A stretch of DNA of 64,000 nt from an uncultured bacterium (GCA_963710755.1 CAVQBK010000005.1:32001-96000), one strand, 5' to 3'; counted from the stretch's first letter, positions 37,801 through 48,932 are shown. The notes: generated by a model from the sequence alone, not told the origin. Translations and numbers: made by a program.

Positions 37801-40800
37801 TTAATTCAATGACGCATTCTCAGCAATAGCTGCCGATTCGGGTGGATTACTGGCGACTTCGTCCCCCTTGAATTTAACGGAGATTAGCTTGGAAACACCG
37901 GATTCCTGCATGGTAACCCCATAGAGCACTTGAGCCGTTTCCATGGTGATCTTGTTGTGGGTAATCACGATAAATTGTGATTTTTCAGCAAATTCCTGAA
38001 GAATCCTACAGAAGCGAGCTGTATTGGTATCATCCAAAGGTGCATCCATTTCATCAAAAATACAAAAAGGACTGGGCTTAATCAGGAAGATAGAAAACAA
38101 CAGGGCAATAGCTGTCAAGGCCTTCTCCCCGCCGGAAAGGAGCGAGATGTTCTGTAACCTTTTCCCCGGAGGACGAGCGATGATTTCAATGCCCGTTTCC
38201 AGTAGATTGCTTTCATCCACCAAAATAAGGTCCGCGTCTCCGCCATTAAAGAGTCGACGGAATACTTCCTTAAATTCCTTGCGCACCAATTCAAAGGTTT
38301 CGGCAAATCGAGCCCGGCTTTCATGGTTGATTTTATTGATCAACCGTTGCAGCGTGTCCTTGGCCTCTTTTAAATCCTCCAACTGTTTGGATAAAAATTC
38401 ATAGCGTTCCTGCAATTCATCATATTCTTCCATGGCGACCAAATTCACCGAACCCATGGCGCCCAATTTTTGTTTCAATTCTTTGATACGTTCCTGAATT
38501 TGTTGGGGATCTTCCGGTTCTTCATCCACAGCAGGTTCTTCATCCAGGCTGAGGTTCAATTTATATTCATCGACCAAATAATTTTCCAGGGATTCAAGAT
38601 TAAGTTTGAGCTGCGTTTTTTGCAATTCCAACTGATGCAGGGTCTTGTGAACCGAATCCAGAGAAAGGCGAACATTTTTAATGGTTTGTTCATATTCCTG
38701 GCGCTTTTGCGCCAATTGTTGACGCTGCGCCTGCATGTCCTGAAGATTGTGCTCGCGCACAGCCTTTTGTTCCTGAAGCTGAACCAGGATTTCTTGTTTT
38801 TCTTGTACTTGGTGGGCCAGTTCCTCGAGTTTGCCCTGATCGCGGCCAATGCTTTCTTCTTTGTCCTGCAACTGTATTACCACATCTTCTAATTCCTGCT
38901 GTATGCGAGCGGTCTCAGCTTCCAGGGCCGTGGCTTGCTGCTCCAGGGAGGCTGCGGTTACTCTCAATTCTCCTGCTTGCAGGGAACGCTCATCATATTC
39001 ACGCCGGCAGCTTTCAATGCCAAGTTGATTAACCGATAACTCTTCCTGGGTCTGCTTGTCCGTAAGTTCCAGATTACCCAATTGTTGCGCCACCTGATCA
39101 TGCTGCGCCAGCGTTTGCTGCAGATCCTGCTGAAATTGTTCTTTTTCCTTTTGCGTTTCCTGCAACTGTCGCTCCACATCCTGTAATTGCAGAGTGATAT
39201 TTTCGAGCATCTTTTCCATTTGAGCTTTTTTGATTTGTTGCTCATGCACGGCCGCCTGGTTAGCCTGCAGATTGCCGTTAATTTCATCCAATTGGTGCTT
39301 GCCTGTTTCTTCCTCGGATTGAGCCTGAGCCAGATTTTTTTCCAGCAAGGCAATTTCCGATTTCAATTCTTCGATTTCGCGATCCCGTCCCAGCAACCCA
39401 TATTCTGAAAATTCCTTACTGCCGCCGGTAATCCACCCCTGGCTGGTTTCGATCTCTCCATCCAAAGTTACCAAAGTGCAGGTTGCACCGGCCTGGCGGC
39501 ACTGTCGCAGAACTTGCACGTTGTCCACCAACACCACATTCTTCAGAAGATCTTCAAAAACAGCTCGGAATCGTTCATCTATTCTAACTAATTGGGAGGC
39601 CCACCCGAAAACCCCGGCTTGGTTAAACCAGTTGCCCGGCTCAGGCAGGGCTTGAGGTTGTGTGGGAGCACCGGTAAAAGCGGTCATGGGGATAAAAGTG
39701 GCCCGGCCCCGGTTATCCTGAGCCAGAAAAGCCATGGCCTTTCTGGCTTGCTCCGGTGTCTCCACCAGAATATGCTGCAGACGATGTCCTAAAAAAGCCT
39801 CCAGAGCCCGTTCATAAACTTGGTCGGTTCTGATAAAATTAACCAGCGGTCCAATAATACCCGGCAGTTCATCGGGATGAGCATGATGTTCCAACAAGAT
39901 GGATTTGGCTCCCGATTCGTAACCATCAAGCGCATCCTTTAATTCTTCAATCCAGGTTAACCGTGACGACAACTTGGTCAGTGTCTTATTAAAATTATCG
40001 AGCATGTTGGCCAAGGTAGCCAGGGTGTTGGTCAGCTTCTCTTTTTCTTCACCCAGCAGCTGAGCTTCCTGGTTTAAGTCCTGCAGGCTGGCGGCAATGC
40101 CCGCCAAGCCTTCTTCGTGCTGATGCTTTTCATCAAAAGCATCTTTGTTTTGCTCCTGCAAGGTGGTCAGCTGCAAGGAGAGTTTGGCCATTTGCTGTTC
40201 TTTTTCACTGCGCCGTATTTCCAGATTTTTCAGGCTCCCCCGCAGGCTGGACATTTGATCAACAATCTTCAGCAACTGATTCTGCCGGTCCTGCACCTTG
40301 GCGGCTTTTTCCTTAAGTTCGTTCTCCAATTCATTAAGCCGTTCTTCTTTTTGGTTCAGCGCTTCTTTGACATTTTCCAGTTCCTGCTGCTTGTGCACTT
40401 TTTGCACTTCCGCCGTCGATTGTTTATCTGTCAGCGCATCGTTTTTCTGATGTAAGGCCATCTTTTCCGTCTGCAGCCGTTCCAGGCCGACAATCAAGTC
40501 CTGTCGGCGCAATTCAGAAGAGGATATAAAGTCCTCGGTTTTAATCATTTCCTCATGCAAGTGATGAACTGCGGATTGCATGTCTCCCAGTTCTGTTTCT
40601 ACGGTCGACAAATCCTGTATCAAACTGTCCAATTCCGTCTCATAGCTCGACTGATATTTCTCAGACTCATCCAGCTGGGTTCTTTGCTCTTCCCATTGAT
40701 GTTCGATCTTCCTGAGGGCCAGGCGGCGTTCATGCAAGTCGTGGCGGCCCTGCGAGACTTCCAAGGTGGTAAGCTCCTGTTTCAAGTTCTGATAACGCCG

Positions 40801-41436
40801 GGCTTTTTGGACCTGCCTCTCCAGGGAATTAATTTGCCGTTTTACTTCCGCAGCAATGTCATTGACGCGCAGAAAGTTCTGCTCTGTGGAATCAAGTTTG
40901 CGCAGCGATTCATCTTTGCGGGATTTATACTTGGAAATACCTGCGGCTTCTTCGAAGACAAAGCGGCGGTCTGAAGGTTTGGAGGATACGATGAGGTCAA
41001 TTTTACCCTGCTCCAGAATGGAGTAGGCATTACGGCCGATGCCAGTATCCAAAAACAGCTCCTGAATATCACGTAACCGGCAGGTCGCCTTATTGATCAG
41101 ATATTCGCTGTCTCCGGAGCGAAAGGTTCTGCGCGTAATAGTCACTTCATCCTGTTCAATGGGAAGCTGATGATCCTGATTGTCGATGGTAAGCGATACT
41201 TCCGCCATACCCACGGCCTTGCGCTGGTCCGTGCCATTGAAGATCACATCTTCCATTTTACCGCCGCGCAGGGCTTTGGCACTGGTTTCGCCCAAGACCC
41301 AACGTATGGAATCCACCACATTGGACTTACCACAACCATTGGGCCCGATGATGGAGGTTATGCCTTTTTCCAAATCAAGGGAACTGTAATCCACAAAAGA
41401 TTTAAACCCCTGCAATTCCAATTTTTTAAAATACAT
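37801..41436 (-). CDS. smc: Chromosome segregation protein SMC
   Basis: MYFKKLELQGFKSF, GPNGCGKSN, hinge GRATFIP / GWITGGS, LSGGEK, DEMDAPLD; start at 41436 with AAGGGG SD. Confidence 0.98.
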   Translation of the reverse strand: MYFKKLELQGFKSFVDYSSLDLEKGITSIIGPNGCGKSNVVDSIRWVLGETSAKALRGGKMEDVIFNGTDQRKAVGMAEVSLTIDNQDHQLPIEQDEVTITRRTFRSGDSEYLINKATCRLRDIQELFLDTGIGRNAYSILEQGKIDLIVSSKPSDRRFVFEEAAGISKYKSRKDESLRKLDSTEQNFLRVNDIAAEVKRQINSLERQVQKARRYQNLKQELTTLEVSQGRHDLHERRLALRKIEHQWEEQRTQLDESEKYQSSYETELDSLIQDLSTVETELGDMQSAVHHLHEEMIKTEDFISSSELRRQDLIVGLERLQTEKMALHQKNDALTDKQSTAEVQKVHKQQELENVKEALNQKEERLNELENELKEKAAKVQDRQNQLLKIVDQMSSLRGSLKNLEIRRSEKEQQMAKLSLQLTTLQEQNKDAFDEKHQHEEGLAGIAASLQDLNQEAQLLGEEKEKLTNTLATLANMLDNFNKTLTKLSSRLTWIEELKDALDGYESGAKSILLEHHAHPDELPGIIGPLVNFIRTDQVYERALEAFLGHRLQHILVETPEQARKAMAFLAQDNRGRATFIPMTAFTGAPTQPQALPEPGNWFNQAGVFGWASQLVRIDERFRAVFEDLLKNVVLVDNVQVLRQCRQAGATCTLVTLDGEIETSQGWITGGSKEFSEYGLLGRDREIEELKSEIALLEKNLAQAQSEEETGKHQLDEINGNLQANQAAVHEQQIKKAQMEKMLENITLQLQDVERQLQETQKEKEQFQQDLQQTLAQHDQVAQQLGNLELTDKQTQEELSVNQLGIESCRREYDERSLQAGELRVTAASLEQQATALEAETARIQQELEDVVIQLQDKEESIGRDQGKLEELAHQVQEKQEILVQLQEQKAVREHNLQDMQAQRQQLAQKRQEYEQTIKNVRLSLDSVHKTLHQLELQKTQLKLNLESLENYLVDEYKLNLSLDEEPAVDEEPEDPQQIQERIKELKQKLGAMGSVNLVAMEEYDELQERYEFLSKQLEDLKEAKDTLQRLINKINHESRARFAETFELVRKEFKEVFRRLFNGGDADLILVDESNLLETGIEIIARPPGKRLQNISLLSGGEKALTAIALLFSIFLIKPSPFCIFDEMDAPLDDTNTARFCRILQEFAEKSQFIVITHNKITMETAQVLYGVTMQESGVSKLISVKFKGDEVASNPPESAAIAENASLN

Positions 41437-41903
41437 GGTCCATTCCCCCTTATTGAACGCCCGGCCGCAGGGCCATAACCTAGTGAAGTGAGAAACGATC
41501 GGCATATTGAAAAATCGGTGGTGACTATACCACTTTGTTTTGGCTCCTGTCAACCTGGTTTTTTAACCAAAAACACTAAACTTAGGTGTTAAGGCAAACA
41601 GCACATACAATATAGTGTGGTATTTAGAGTGTGCGTCAGCAAAATCTACCCATTTTGCATTGATAGACTTCTTGCTTTATCCTCTAATTGGAAAGGGGTA
41701 TAGTGGGATTTTAGAACTGGTCAATGTGACGTATCCAAGCCGATGCCTTTTCATCAGGTGGTGCGATCTTCCGAAAATCCCGCTCTCATACTCCTTAACC
41801 AAGGAAGACGATCACTGACTGCTCATTTCAAAACAAGTTATCGTGTGCTAACGTTATAGCGTGCTTGCCAGCAGAGGTTTTAAAAGTGGGTTTCAGAAGC
41901 TTA

Positions 41904-42764
41904 TTACAGCGCCACCATGACAATTTTGGCCTGTCGGGCATCGGCCAAGGTTTTTTCTTTTTCCAATATCAAGGTTTTTCCTGCGTCAAAGGCGATTACA
42001 GACAATTTGGCACGGTGCATGGATCTGATGGTTCTGGGACCAATGACCGGCGTGTCGAAACGCATATCCTGGCTGGGTTTGGTGACTTTCACCACGGTGC
42101 CACCTTTTTTATTATATTTGCCGCTGCGTAAAATACAGGCATCAGTGCCTTCCATCGCTTCTATGGCGATCACCGCCTGGTCCTTGACCACAACGGTCTG
42201 GCCTATGTCCGCACCGGCAATATGCTTGGCAATTTTGTAACCAAAATCAATATCCGCTTGTTCTTTTGGAGTTGGTTTTTTATTGGTGAGTACACCCGGT
42301 CCGGGCAAATAGGGTTTCAGCATAGGCAAGGGTGAGATCAATTCAATATCTTCGGAAGCCAGTTTATTGGCCACTGCGCTCAGAATGGAATCAGCCCGTT
42401 TGTCCGCCAGATGAGTCAAAAGCTTTACAGCTTCCCAATCTATTTTCAATTTGGCAAAGAGTTGTTTATGCCGGATCATACCGGCCATCATAGCCTTTTT
42501 CACACCGGCTTTTTTAAAACTGCTGAGCAGCTTGCCCAACTGCCCAAGGCTGATCCAGTGCATTTCATCAACAAGCTCCGCCATACGCGGTTCGGTCTCT
42601 TCCGGAAACCCTACTGCCACCACCTGAAGCCCCATGGCCCGGGCTTCTTTGGCTACCAGGGCGGGGAATTCCCCCCAACCGGCGATGATGCCCAGTTTGT
42701 TATTTGGAAATGCCTCGTTCAGATTCTTTGACAAAGGCAATAAGGGGTTTGATGATTTCTTCAT
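41904..42764 (-). CDS. lpxI: UDP-2,3-diacylglucosamine diphosphatase LpxI
   Basis: LGIIAG.G.FP, DIGQTVVV, AIEAMEGTD, QDMRFDTPVIG; follows lpxA. Confidence 0.93.
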   Translation of the reverse strand: MKKSSNPLLPLSKNLNEAFPNNKLGIIAGWGEFPALVAKEARAMGLQVVAVGFPEETEPRMAELVDEMHWISLGQLGKLLSSFKKAGVKKAMMAGMIRHKQLFAKLKIDWEAVKLLTHLADKRADSILSAVANKLASEDIELISPLPMLKPYLPGPGVLTNKKPTPKEQADIDFGYKIAKHIAGADIGQTVVVKDQAVIAIEAMEGTDACILRSGKYNKKGGTVVKVTKPSQDMRFDTPVIGPRTIRSMHRAKLSVIAFDAGKTLILEKEKTLADARQAKIVMVAL

Positions 42765-43476
42765 GGCCCATTTCTTCTTCGATTTTTTTTATGGCTTGGG
42801 AAATATTCAACTTGGAGCGGTACAACAAGCGATGGGCTCGGTCCACCACTTTGATTTGATCTTCCGTAAATCCTTTGCGTTGCAGTCCAATTTTATTGAT
42901 ACCCGCAATCCGCAGCGGTGAGCCGGCACACATAACATAAGGTGGCACATCTTTGGGAACCCGGGAGTGGCCGCCGATCATGGCATAGGAGCCGATCCGG
43001 ATATATTGATGGAGCGCGCATAAGCCACCCACATTGGCATGATCCATAATGGTTACATGTCCCGCCATGGCAATGCTGTTGGCAATAATATTGTGATTGC
43101 CAATTTTACAATCATGGGCAATGTGAGCATAAGTCATGATAAGATTACCGTTACCAATAGAAGTCACATTGCCTTCGCCGGTTGCCCGGTTAATGGTGAC
43201 AAACTCGCGGATGGTATTCTTGTCGCCGATGTTAACATAGGTCTTCTCACCATGGAATTTCAAATCCTGGCATTCGTTGCCGAGTACGGCATAGGGAAAT
43301 ATTCTGTTCTCTTGACCAATAGTTGTCCATATATCCACCATGGCGTAAGCGCCAATTTCCGTACGGTCCCCGATGACCGTCTCTTGATTGATAATGGCTC
43401 CTGGACCGATAGTGACATCTTCGCCCAATTGCGCTTGCGGGGAGACAATGGCCGTGGGATGAATTTTTACTGACAC
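42700..43476 (-). CDS. lpxA: UDP-N-acetylglucosamine acyltransferase LpxA
   Basis: IHPTAIV, hexapeptide repeats, QDLKF, IREFVTINRAT, HIAHDC, DVPPY; GTG 43476 with GGAGG SD. Confidence 0.96.
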   Translation of the reverse strand: MSVKIHPTAIVSPQAQLGEDVTIGPGAIINQETVIGDRTEIGAYAMVDIWTTIGQENRIFPYAVLGNECQDLKFHGEKTYVNIGDKNTIREFVTINRATGEGNVTSIGNGNLIMTYAHIAHDCKIGNHNIIANSIAMAGHVTIMDHANVGGLCALHQYIRIGSYAMIGGHSRVPKDVPPYVMCAGSPLRIAGINKIGLQRKGFTEDQIKVVDRAHRLLYRSKLNISQAIKKIEEEMGHEEIIKPLIAFVKESERGISK

Positions 43477-43645
43477 CGCTTTTGGCCTCCACTTTCCTAA
43501 GATTTCTCGTTCGTGCCTGATCTCCAAACCTGGTAATCTGAGTGAGCAGGCTTTCAGCACCCACGAGTTAGGGCGCCATAGGTTGACTTGCAAGGATGTT
43601 GACTAATAGTAAGCTTATTAATAAGGCAAGGCTTTGAGGAGACGC

Positions 43646-44935
43646 TTAGCGGTCCATAAGCGTGCACATCAGGTCCGCTTCACACACCAGTTTGTCTTCC
43701 ACATAAGCCTGGCCGTGCATTTTTGCAATCTTGCCCTTGATCTTGCCCACCGATAATTCAAAGCGCAATTGGTCACCGGGAATGACCGGCTTGCGAAACT
43801 TGACATTGTCAATACTGATGAAATAAACCACTTTAGTTTCGGGATCGGGAATGCTTTTCATCAAAAGCACCCCGCCGCATTGGGCCATGGCTTCCACGAT
43901 CAACACCCCGGGCATGATGGGATGACCAGGAAAGTGGCCCTGGAAAAAATGTTCGTTCATGGTAACATTTTTAATGCCTACCACTTTTTCACCTTCCACG
44001 AGGTCAATGACCCTGTCCACTAATAAAAATGGATAACGATGGGGCAATAATTTTTCGATATCTTTGGCTTCCACGATCACCTTATGTTCCCCCCCTTGTT
44101 CTTTATTGATTCTCGATTTAAGAAAATTGACCAGTTTCACATTCATACCATGGCCGGTCTTGGTAGCTACGAAATGCCCTTTGACTTCTCTGCCCAGCAG
44201 CGTTAAATCCCCCACCAGGTCCAGTATCTTATGAAGAACCAATTCATCCTCATGCCGTAAAGGACCATTTTTCACACCCGTAGCCGTCAGCACCAAGGCA
44301 TTGTCAGCCGTACCGCCTTTCGCCAAGCCATGCGCCTTAAGCCATTCAATCTCATGTTCAAAACAAAACGTCCGCGCAAATCCTAATGAGGTTTTGAAGT
44401 GTTCCGGCGTAATATCCAACGTCAGACGCCGTTTGCTCAACCAGGTATTGGGGTAATCCATATTATAGGTAATACGCAGGCCGTCATAAGGCCACCCAAC
44501 GATGCTCTTATCTCCTTCTTGAAACACAAAGGGCGAAGTGAGGCAATAAAGGTTGGTTTGCTCTTTGGCCTGCTCCACCACCTCCGCTGCTTCCAGAGCT
44601 TCGATAAAGGGTAAAGCTGAGCCGTCCATAATGGGCGGTTCTTCCGCCGATAGTTCCACCAGACAATTATCGATGCCCAAGCCATGGAGAGCGCTTAAAA
44701 TGTGCTCCACTGTATTAAAGGTCTCCTGGCCTCGGGTCAGGGTGGTCCCCCGACTGGTATCGGTAACCAACCTGCTGTCCGGTTGAAAATGGTTTTCCAA
44801 ATTATGGGATTTGGCTAAACGTAGACCGAAATCAACCTCTGCTGGATGAAAGGTCACTGTGGAAGACTGACCGGTATGTATTCCCACCCCAGAAAGGCTC
44901 ACGGTTTTGGCAATGGTTTTTTGTTTATTGCTCAT
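43646..44935 (-). CDS. lpxC: Bifunctional LpxC-FabZ fusion
   Basis: LpxC: GVGIHTG, TVEHILSAL, ARTF, HKILDLVGDL; FabZ: LPHRYPFLLVDR, FFQGHFPGHPIMPGVLIVEAMAQ. Confidence 0.96.
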   Translation of the reverse strand: MSNKQKTIAKTVSLSGVGIHTGQSSTVTFHPAEVDFGLRLAKSHNLENHFQPDSRLVTDTSRGTTLTRGQETFNTVEHILSALHGLGIDNCLVELSAEEPPIMDGSALPFIEALEAAEVVEQAKEQTNLYCLTSPFVFQEGDKSIVGWPYDGLRITYNMDYPNTWLSKRRLTLDITPEHFKTSLGFARTFCFEHEIEWLKAHGLAKGGTADNALVLTATGVKNGPLRHEDELVLHKILDLVGDLTLLGREVKGHFVATKTGHGMNVKLVNFLKSRINKEQGGEHKVIVEAKDIEKLLPHRYPFLLVDRVIDLVEGEKVVGIKNVTMNEHFFQGHFPGHPIMPGVLIVEAMAQCGGVLLMKSIPDPETKVVYFISIDNVKFRKPVIPGDQLRFELSVGKIKGKIAKMHGQAYVEDKLVCEADLMCTLMDR

Positions 44936-45956
44936 GATTTTCCAAGGCCTCTAAACGCTTTTCCAATGCATGGATTTTTTTTCGCAAATCGCTGAGTCGC
45001 CCCAGTTCCGCCTGCTCCCGCATATAGGTGCGAAACGGCTTAGCCGGCGTGCCATCGATGAATTGCCCTGCTGGAGTATCTTTGGTAACCCCCGATTGCC
45101 CACCGACCACCACACGATCCCCTATTTTCATATGGCCAGCAGTGCCCGCCTGGCCACCCATCATCACCTGATCACCTACTTTGGTGCTGCCGCTCAAGCC
45201 GGCTTGGCCGGCAATTACCGTATGGCGGCCAATAACCACATTATGGGCCACCATAACCAAATTATCAATTTTAGTGCCTTCCCCGATTCTGGTTTCATGG
45301 AGAGCAGCCCGGTCAATGGTGGTATTGGAACCGATTTCCACATCGTCTTCAATAACCACAATCCCGATTTGTGGAATTTTATGATACCGGCCTTCTGCCG
45401 GCGCAAAACCAAACCCATCCCCGCCGATGACCACGCCCGGGTTGAGGATAACGCGATGCCCCAGACGACACCGTTCCCTGAGAATCACCTGAGGATAAAG
45501 AATACATTGTTCCCCGAGAACGCACTCCTGGCCAATAAACGTTTGCGCCACCACCACTGAACCCCGCCCTATAACCACTTCGGGACCGATCACACAATAA
45601 GGTCCAATGGCTACATCTTCACCCAATTTCGCCGTCGGATCCACGATAGCCGTGGGATGAATGCCAGGACCTGGCAGGGGTATAGTCGGCGCGAACAGGC
45701 CGATGATCTTAACAAAATCAGCATAGGGATTATTACTAACCAATGCGGCTTTGGCCGTGGTCACCCCTACGGGAATAACCACGGCACTGGCCTGAGTTTT
45801 CTCCAGAAGCTTGGCATATTTTTTATTGGCTAAAAAACTAATATCACCTGGTTCCGCTTCCTCCAGGGAGTTCACCCCTGAAATCATCGTTTGGGAATCA
45901 CCGTGCAGTGTCGTTCCCGTTAGCGCCGCCAGGCTGCTTAAGGACTTTTGCATCAC
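44925..45956 (-). CDS. lpxD: UDP-3-O-acylglucosamine N-acyltransferase LpxD
   Basis: ISFLANKKY, GIHPTAIV, DGFGF, KIPQIG, TTIDR, KIDNLVMVAHN. Confidence 0.97.
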   Translation of the reverse strand: MMQKSLSSLAALTGTTLHGDSQTMISGVNSLEEAEPGDISFLANKKYAKLLEKTQASAVVIPVGVTTAKAALVSNNPYADFVKIIGLFAPTIPLPGPGIHPTAIVDPTAKLGEDVAIGPYCVIGPEVVIGRGSVVVAQTFIGQECVLGEQCILYPQVILRERCRLGHRVILNPGVVIGGDGFGFAPAEGRYHKIPQIGIVVIEDDVEIGSNTTIDRAALHETRIGEGTKIDNLVMVAHNVVIGRHTVIAGQAGLSGSTKVGDQVMMGGQAGTAGHMKIGDRVVVGGQSGVTKDTPAGQFIDGTPAKPFRTYMREQAELGRLSDLRKKIHALEKRLEALENHEQ

Positions 45957-45966
45957 TTGGCCTCAA

Positions 45967-46470
45967 CTATTTATTGAGCGCGTCCAACACCTTGTAGGTA
46001 ATATCATCGCCTTCATAGTAATAAACCGCATTTTTATCCAATACCATGTCGTACTTTTCTTTCTTGGCGATTTTTTGGACCACATTAATCACGTCGTTTT
46101 CCACATTTTCCAATAGCGTTTTTTGTTTTTTAACGATCGCTTGTTGCTCATTGCGATATTTATCCAGAAAAGCTTGCTGGTCTTTCTGGACCTGCTCTTC
46201 AAGCTTTGAGAATTTTTTCTCCGACAAAATACCTTTTTGCACGTCCAAATCATTTTTACGTTTGGCCAAATCCTTCTGCTCTTTTTCCAATTCCGTGCGA
46301 GTGTCTCCCACTTCCTTTTCCAGGCGTTCGGAAGCATCCTTGTACTTGCTGTATTCTTTCACCACCTTGCTGATGTCCAGCACCGCCACTTTGGTCGCGG
46401 CCATGGCCGCGGAGGTGAAAGCCACCAATAAAAACATTGCGATTGTGCTAAGCCAAAAACTTTTTCTCAT
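45967..46470 (-). CDS. skp: OmpH/Skp periplasmic chaperone
   Basis: Signal peptide, KVAVLD, coiled coil, YDMVLD...DITYKVL; lies between bamA and lpxD. Confidence 0.93.
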   Translation of the reverse strand: MRKSFWLSTIAMFLLVAFTSAAMAATKVAVLDISKVVKEYSKYKDASERLEKEVGDTRTELEKEQKDLAKRKNDLDVQKGILSEKKFSKLEEQVQKDQQAFLDKYRNEQQAIVKKQKTLLENVENDVINVVQKIAKKEKYDMVLDKNAVYYYEGDDITYKVLDALNK

Positions 46471-46577
46471 CGTTCCATTCCCCTTTCAGTTTGTGTTTGA
46501 CTATGAAGATCAACCTCTCCAGGCCATGCCCGGCAAGCCTGCCTGCCGACATGAACAAATGGGCTGAGACTCCCCGG

Positions 46578-48932
46578 TTAGAAAATATTGCCAATGCTAA
46601 AGTGGTAAACCAGGCCGGGCGAGGTTCCAGGCAAAGGATCCAAGGGATAACCAAAATCGAAACGAATCAAAATGACAGTACCGGGAATAGTCAACCGCAC
46701 GCCGGTACCAACGCCTTTGCGTAAAGAAGGATCTTCTACGAAATCATTCCCTTCAGAATTTCTGAAATTGGACCATACATTCCCGGCATCGAAAAAGGCC
46801 ACACCTTTAAGCGGACCGATGATGGGATAATGCAGTTCCACATTGGTCACCAATTTCAACTGCCCGCCATTACGTTTGGGATCGCCCTGGAGCGATCCGT
46901 CGCTGTAGCCGCGCACAGAATCAGTACCGCCGACACGATAGAGTTCACTGACCGGCACATCCGGTAAGTCCGGATTGCTGCGCACACCGTAATCGAACCC
47001 GTTGACATAACCAAATTCCCCATGCAAAGCAAGCACCAGTTTCCAGATCAAGGGGATATAATAACTGGTGTCAAATCCATACTTGAGAAAATTATTGTCT
47101 CCGCCCAATACGCCGCCGGCAAATTCTACGGATAGACGATGGTACATACCATAATTGGGGTCGAAAATGTTATCACGAGAATCATAGACCAAGGTGGGGG
47201 TCAGAGAGCTGGTGTCGGTACGGCCTTCGACGGCCAACAGGTCGGAGGTGGTGATGTCCGTATATTCATTGCTTTCCAGCTTATAAGTTAAATAACCTTT
47301 CCACACATCCGAAAATCGCCGGCCAAAACGGATATCTCCACCTTGAGAGAGTAGATTATAGCCTTGCCCGTTGTACCCGTTTTCCTTATTGATGTTCCAT
47401 ACATCCACACCAAAGGAAACGGGCGCATCAAAAAGCCAGGGTTCGGTAAATGACATCTGCCAACTCTGACGCAGACTACCCAATTCCCACTGCAGGCTGA
47501 CCGACTGACCATTGCCGAATAAATTGGCCTGGGTCAGTTGTAAGTACCCCATAAGCTGATCCACCGAGGAATACCCTGCTCCCAGGCTAATAGTACCGGT
47601 CTGACGTTCTTCCACCTCAAACACCAGGACCTGCTCGGAAGGCGTGGACCCAGGTTCTGTACTAATGCGTACATCCTGGAAAAAACCCAAATTCATGATA
47701 TCCTCTTGGGCCCGTTGAATTTTGCGGGAATCAAAAGGCTCCCCATCTTCAATGTTAATTTCCCGGCGAATGACCTTATCTTTGGTGATCGTATTGCCGC
47801 GGATCAGGATATGTTCCACCCTGGCGATGGTGCCTTCACGGATAATAATGGTAATGGTCACCAAGCCGGCTTCATCATTATAATCCAATTCCGGAGAAAC
47901 ATCGGCAAAGATATAACCTTTTTCAGAATAAGCGGAACGTATTTTTTGCATGTCCTGTTCAAAGGCAAGGCGGTCTAAAATTTCGCCTTTTTTCAAATCC
48001 ATTCTGCCTAGCAATTCATCCTCGGAAAAAATGATATTGCCTTTAATATTGATGGCCGCGATTTTATACTGTATGCCCTCTTCAACATCCAAATGGATAT
48101 TCATCTCTTTTTTGGCTGTGTCCACATGCACTGCTTCTTTCACCAGTTCTTCCTTGTGACCGTCAATATCCATCAATCCCATACCAAATATCTTGGCCTT
48201 AAGGTAGCCTTCGCGGGCATAGCTATAAAGTATTTTTTTCAAATCGGTGATAAAGGTCTCTTCCTTAAAAGTCCCCCCCACAAACCAGCCTGCCTCCTTG
48301 GTTTCCATAAATCCCTTGATTTTACCTTCGGAGAAAGCCTTGTTGCCCGATACGGTAATCTTGGTCACCTTGACTTTCATGCCCTCATCAACATCAAAAG
48401 TCAGATTAACTTTATCATTGTCCAGCTTTTGAACCACTGGCGTCACCACGACTTGATAAAATTCTTTTTCCCGATAGAAATCCGCGGTTTTTTCCGCCAG
48501 CTGTTCCGCTTGAAATTCATCATAAGGGGTGCCCGGTTTAATATCCAGTTTGTCCAACAAGTCCTTGGAGCTGATGGACTTATTACCCGAGAATTGGATA
48601 CTGTTGATAATCGGTTTTTCTTTGACTGTTATGACCAAACGAACCTGGCCGTTGCTGAGGGGTACCAGGGAAGCCTGCACATCTTCAAATTTGCCGGTAT
48701 CCCACAGAGCTTTTAAATCCCGGTCCACCACCATATTGACATCACTATAGACATCACCGGGTTTCACTTTCAGCCAGGAGAGAATGTCCTGGCCGGAAGT
48801 CAGTACATTACCTTCAACGGTAATTTCCGAAATGACTTTGTTTTCGAGGGCACGCGCTTGAACCAGCGCAGACAACGAGGAAAGAGTTACAAAGAGACAG
48901 GCCAACCGCAACAAATAATGCCTTATACTCAC
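46578..48932 (-). CDS. bamA: Outer membrane protein assembly factor BamA
   Basis: POTRA repeats (GN..TKDKVIRRE), NLFGNGQ, SFTEPWLFD, GGTDSVRGY, C-terminal Phe; probable GTG start at 48932 (ORF open to 48974). Confidence 0.96.
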   Translation of the reverse strand: MSIRHYLLRLACLFVTLSSLSALVQARALENKVISEITVEGNVLTSGQDILSWLKVKPGDVYSDVNMVVDRDLKALWDTGKFEDVQASLVPLSNGQVRLVITVKEKPIINSIQFSGNKSISSKDLLDKLDIKPGTPYDEFQAEQLAEKTADFYREKEFYQVVVTPVVQKLDNDKVNLTFDVDEGMKVKVTKITVSGNKAFSEGKIKGFMETKEAGWFVGGTFKEETFITDLKKILYSYAREGYLKAKIFGMGLMDIDGHKEELVKEAVHVDTAKKEMNIHLDVEEGIQYKIAAINIKGNIIFSEDELLGRMDLKKGEILDRLAFEQDMQKIRSAYSEKGYIFADVSPELDYNDEAGLVTITIIIREGTIARVEHILIRGNTITKDKVIRREINIEDGEPFDSRKIQRAQEDIMNLGFFQDVRISTEPGSTPSEQVLVFEVEERQTGTISLGAGYSSVDQLMGYLQLTQANLFGNGQSVSLQWELGSLRQSWQMSFTEPWLFDAPVSFGVDVWNINKENGYNGQGYNLLSQGGDIRFGRRFSDVWKGYLTYKLESNEYTDITTSDLLAVEGRTDTSSLTPTLVYDSRDNIFDPNYGMYHRLSVEFAGGVLGGDNNFLKYGFDTSYYIPLIWKLVLALHGEFGYVNGFDYGVRSNPDLPDVPVSELYRVGGTDSVRGYSDGSLQGDPKRNGGQLKLVTNVELHYPIIGPLKGVAFFDAGNVWSNFRNSEGNDFVEDPSLRKGVGTGVRLTIPGTVILIRFDFGYPLDPLPGTSPGLVYHFSIGNIF

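Noticed and set aside
41437-41553. N-terminal extensions on SMC (and similarly on LpxA, HypC, BamA and the PilB-like protein) in the ORF track
   Set aside because: Downstream starts with SD sequences match the family N-termini; the extensions are longest-ORF artefacts.
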